Source: an uncultured Candidatus Peribacteria bacterium
Lineage (GTDB): Bacteria; Patescibacteriota; Gracilibacteria; Peribacterales; Peribacteraceae
Assembly: GCA_964433325.1 (NCBI GenBank)
Contig: CAYSPY010000005.1
Span: 15,953-79,952 of the forward strand
Length of the DNA: 64,000 nt
Direction of reading: 5' to 3'
The translations under genes and the position numbers were made by a program. The notes beneath the pieces are model-generated. The model ran no database searches. It had not been told where the DNA came from and worked only from the letters and a program-made list of their open reading frames with translations. Numbering within the stretch: position 1 is the first letter of the stretch; each line of letters begins with the position of its first letter. Positions 61,869 through 64,000 of this stretch are shown piece by piece.

Positions 61869-62981
61869 TCAGGAGAAGAGACGGAAGACGTCATAAAATG
61901 TAACGAGGAGGATCAACAGCAACATCGCGACAAATCCGACGGTGTTGGCAATTACTTCGAAGCGGCGTGTACCTGGGCGAATGAAAAGCTCAGAGAGTAC
62001 AAAGAGGAGACGCCCCCCATCAAGCGCAGGGAACGGCAGAATGTTTAAGACTGCAAGACTCAAGCTAAGGAGTGCCACCAAACGGAGATACACCATGAAC
62101 CCCTCCTGCACCGATGCGTAGGTAATCTGCGCGATGCCAACGATACCCGTGACGCCTTCGGGCACTGTTCCGCGCTGTGCGAGGGACGAAAAGAGTTTGG
62201 CAATTCCAAGTACTGTCTGCGATGTCACCACTCTCGTCTCGCGAACTGCAAGCACTGTGGCCTCTAAAATAGTATGCGGTGCTGCGGAAAGCTCCACGGG
62301 AATCGGTCGCAGGTAGACACCTGTCTTTCCTTCTTCCACACGTACTGTGTGATCCGCTGTTTCCACTGCTTCTGGTGACTGACGCACAGTGTACGTCACA
62401 GATCTTTTTCCTTCTTGCAGACGAACAACATCAGATGGCTCCTTCACTTCAATTCCATCAACAGAGACTAAGATACTACCCTTAGGGATGCCTGCCTCCT
62501 GTGCACTACCACCAGTAAGCACATCATCGACAAGAACTCCGAGGGTTAGGTGAATTTCTCCACGGCTTGCAGCAGCCTGCATGTCTTCGAGCGTTAGATA
62601 CGTTGGAATCCACTTACCCACCGAAAACCCGAACACGAAAATGCAGAATGCAAGCAGGAAGTTCATTCCCACACCCGCAACAAGAATAGCGCTCCTCCAG
62701 GTAATAGATGCACTCGTGAAACTTCCTTTTGCATTCCTCTCTTTTTCATCAGAAGGATTCTCTCCTTTTAAACGAACAAACCCACCAAATGGAATCCAGT
62801 TAAGCGTGAAGTCTGTCCCCTTCCATTTAAAGATTGTAACAATCTTTGGTGGCAAGCCGAAGCCAAATTCTTCGACTGTCACTCCTGCTTTTCGCGCAAC
62901 CAGGAAGTGCCCGAGCTCGTGAATAATCACGAGACCCGTGATGAGCAAAAAAAACGCGATTGCAGAAATGAGGACAGTCAT
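61869..62981 (-). CDS. M50 family site-2 protease (RseP-like) with PDZ domain
   Basis: HELGHFLVARKAGV (HExxH) in the first TM, a central PDZ-like region, and the NILPFPALDGG motif. Start trimmed to the ATG at 62981. Confidence 0.85.
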   Translation of the reverse strand: MTVLISAIAFFLLITGLVIIHELGHFLVARKAGVTVEEFGFGLPPKIVTIFKWKGTDFTLNWIPFGGFVRLKGENPSDEKERNAKGSFTSASITWRSAILVAGVGMNFLLAFCIFVFGFSVGKWIPTYLTLEDMQAAASRGEIHLTLGVLVDDVLTGGSAQEAGIPKGSILVSVDGIEVKEPSDVVRLQEGKRSVTYTVRQSPEAVETADHTVRVEEGKTGVYLRPIPVELSAAPHTILEATVLAVRETRVVTSQTVLGIAKLFSSLAQRGTVPEGVTGIVGIAQITYASVQEGFMVYLRLVALLSLSLAVLNILPFPALDGGRLLFVLSELFIRPGTRRFEVIANTVGFVAMLLLILLVTFYDVFRLFS

Positions 62982-63181
62982 GGGATCGGTATCGTAACGG
63001 TCACTGTGGAAAACGGAAAACTTTTCCACACACTTCGAGTTGCGACTCACGCGTTGCTCACCTGCTGTCGACAATTGAATAGAAAACTCTTCATGGCGAT
63101 CACATGATGTATTCGCACTATGGAATATCTGTGATGCTACTGCGAAGAACGACTAACAATAAGTTTAAAAAGTGATACGCG

Positions 63182-63826
63182 TTATCCAAGTGCAATGGTG
63201 ATTGCATCCACACGTGTCACTCCCGCTTTTTTCAATACCTGAGCGCATGAATCAAGTGTACTAATGGTTGTCGCTACATCATCGACAAGGAGGACGTGCG
63301 TGGGGACTGAATGATGCACGAATGAAAACGCATCGTGCATCGCCACTCTCCTCTCGGCCCCACTTCTCCATGCTTGGTGACCGGTGGGGCGAACGCGTCT
63401 GAGTACTTGCTCGAGTGGAACATGGACTTCGCGTGCGAGCGACTCGGCTAACAATGCAGACTGATCAAACCCTCGCCAGAACTTGCGCGACCAATGCAGT
63501 GGGACCCATGTGATGACAATTGGATCTCGCACAGGCAGAAGTGAATATGCACGCATCAGTAATGCCACTAGCTCCTCACTTAGCGCTGTGACTCGCTGAT
63601 ACTTGTAACGCTGGATAGCAGTCTTAAGGAGGGGTGACGCGTGATACGACGCACCAGTTGCAAGAGTGTCTACGTGCATGATGCCAATGCTCCGTAGACG
63701 ATCTGTTCGCAGGATGAGCGGCTGACATGCATCTAAGTCCGCCCGTTCAGCATCACTTATCCATGTTGTAGCGGACCTACTAAGGGATCGACGAGGAAAG
63801 AGGAGATCGAGTACAGACTGCAACAT
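63182..63826 (-). CDS. comF: ComF family phosphoribosyltransferase-domain protein
   Basis: C-terminal PRTase motif VLLVDDVATTISTL and the overall ComFC-like length and layout. Confidence 0.78.
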   Translation of the reverse strand: MLQSVLDLLFPRRSLSRSATTWISDAERADLDACQPLILRTDRLRSIGIMHVDTLATGASYHASPLLKTAIQRYKYQRVTALSEELVALLMRAYSLLPVRDPIVITWVPLHWSRKFWRGFDQSALLAESLAREVHVPLEQVLRRVRPTGHQAWRSGAERRVAMHDAFSFVHHSVPTHVLLVDDVATTISTLDSCAQVLKKAGVTRVDAITIALG

Positions 63827-63913
63827 GTCCGCATTCTCGCTCTCTATTGGGCAAATAGGAAGCTACAGCGAAATCCCTATAGATGAACGATGCTTTTTTG
63901 TATCTATATCCTC

Positions 63914-63935
63914 AAAAACCCGGTTCTTTCCGGGT
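63914..63935 (-). terminator. Rho-independent terminator downstream of tRNA-Val
   Basis: Minus strand reads ACCCGG-aaagaa-CCGGGT followed by TTTTT. Confidence 0.55.
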
Positions 63936-63947
63936 GCAGAACAGAAG

Positions 63948-64000
63948 TGGTGGGCAATACTGGACTTGAACCAGTGACCTTCACAATGTCAATGTGACGC
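63948..64000 (-). tRNA. tRNA-Val (anticodon GAC), 5' part beyond window edge
   Basis: Minus strand reads ..TCACA-TTGACAT-TGTGA-AGGTC-ACTGG-TTCAAGT-CCAGT-ATTGCCC-A-CCA. Only the anticodon arm to the 3' end is inside the window. Confidence 0.8.

Overview
This 64-kb window is compact (most gaps under 150 nt), about 50% GC and clearly bacterial. It is mostly housekeeping genes. The gene content suggests a reduced-genome, probably uncultivated (CPR/Patescibacteria-like) organism using the standard genetic code; that is an inference, not a measurement.

Recognisable genes:
- Sugar and pentose-phosphate block: ROK kinase, gnd, tal, tkt.
- Replication, RNA and translation: recG, miaA, tgt, rplU, pth, secE-nusG, rpmA, lepA, rplS, infB, thrS, dnaA.
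- Envelope, proteolysis and other: clpP, folD, lepB, murJ, murC, a DHH/NrnA phosphoesterase, corA, lgt, an M50 site-2 protease and comF.
- Five tRNAs: Ser-UGA, Gln-UUG, initiator Met, Pro-GGG, and a partial Val-GAC.
- No rRNA, CRISPR array, transposase or integrase was seen.

Most interesting unexplained content:
1. A tightly packed minus-strand operon at 38.7-44.9 kb. It encodes four ORFan proteins (135, 216, 756 and 965 aa), three with hydrophobic hairpins inside long helical regions. It lies downstream of a CsaB-like pyruvyl transferase.
2. A divergent HTH regulator, then a signal-peptide polytopic membrane protein with TrbL/VirB6-like topology, then another hairpin protein (46.7-50.5 kb).
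3. Two copies of a roughly 110-nt structured intergenic element whose stem covaries.
4. A palindromic word-repeat element present both in an intergenic gap and in frame inside tgt.
5. Several candidate ncRNA or leader regions, and a recurring leaderless-promoter layout.

All calls come from reading the sequence and ORF track by eye. No searches or folding programs were run.
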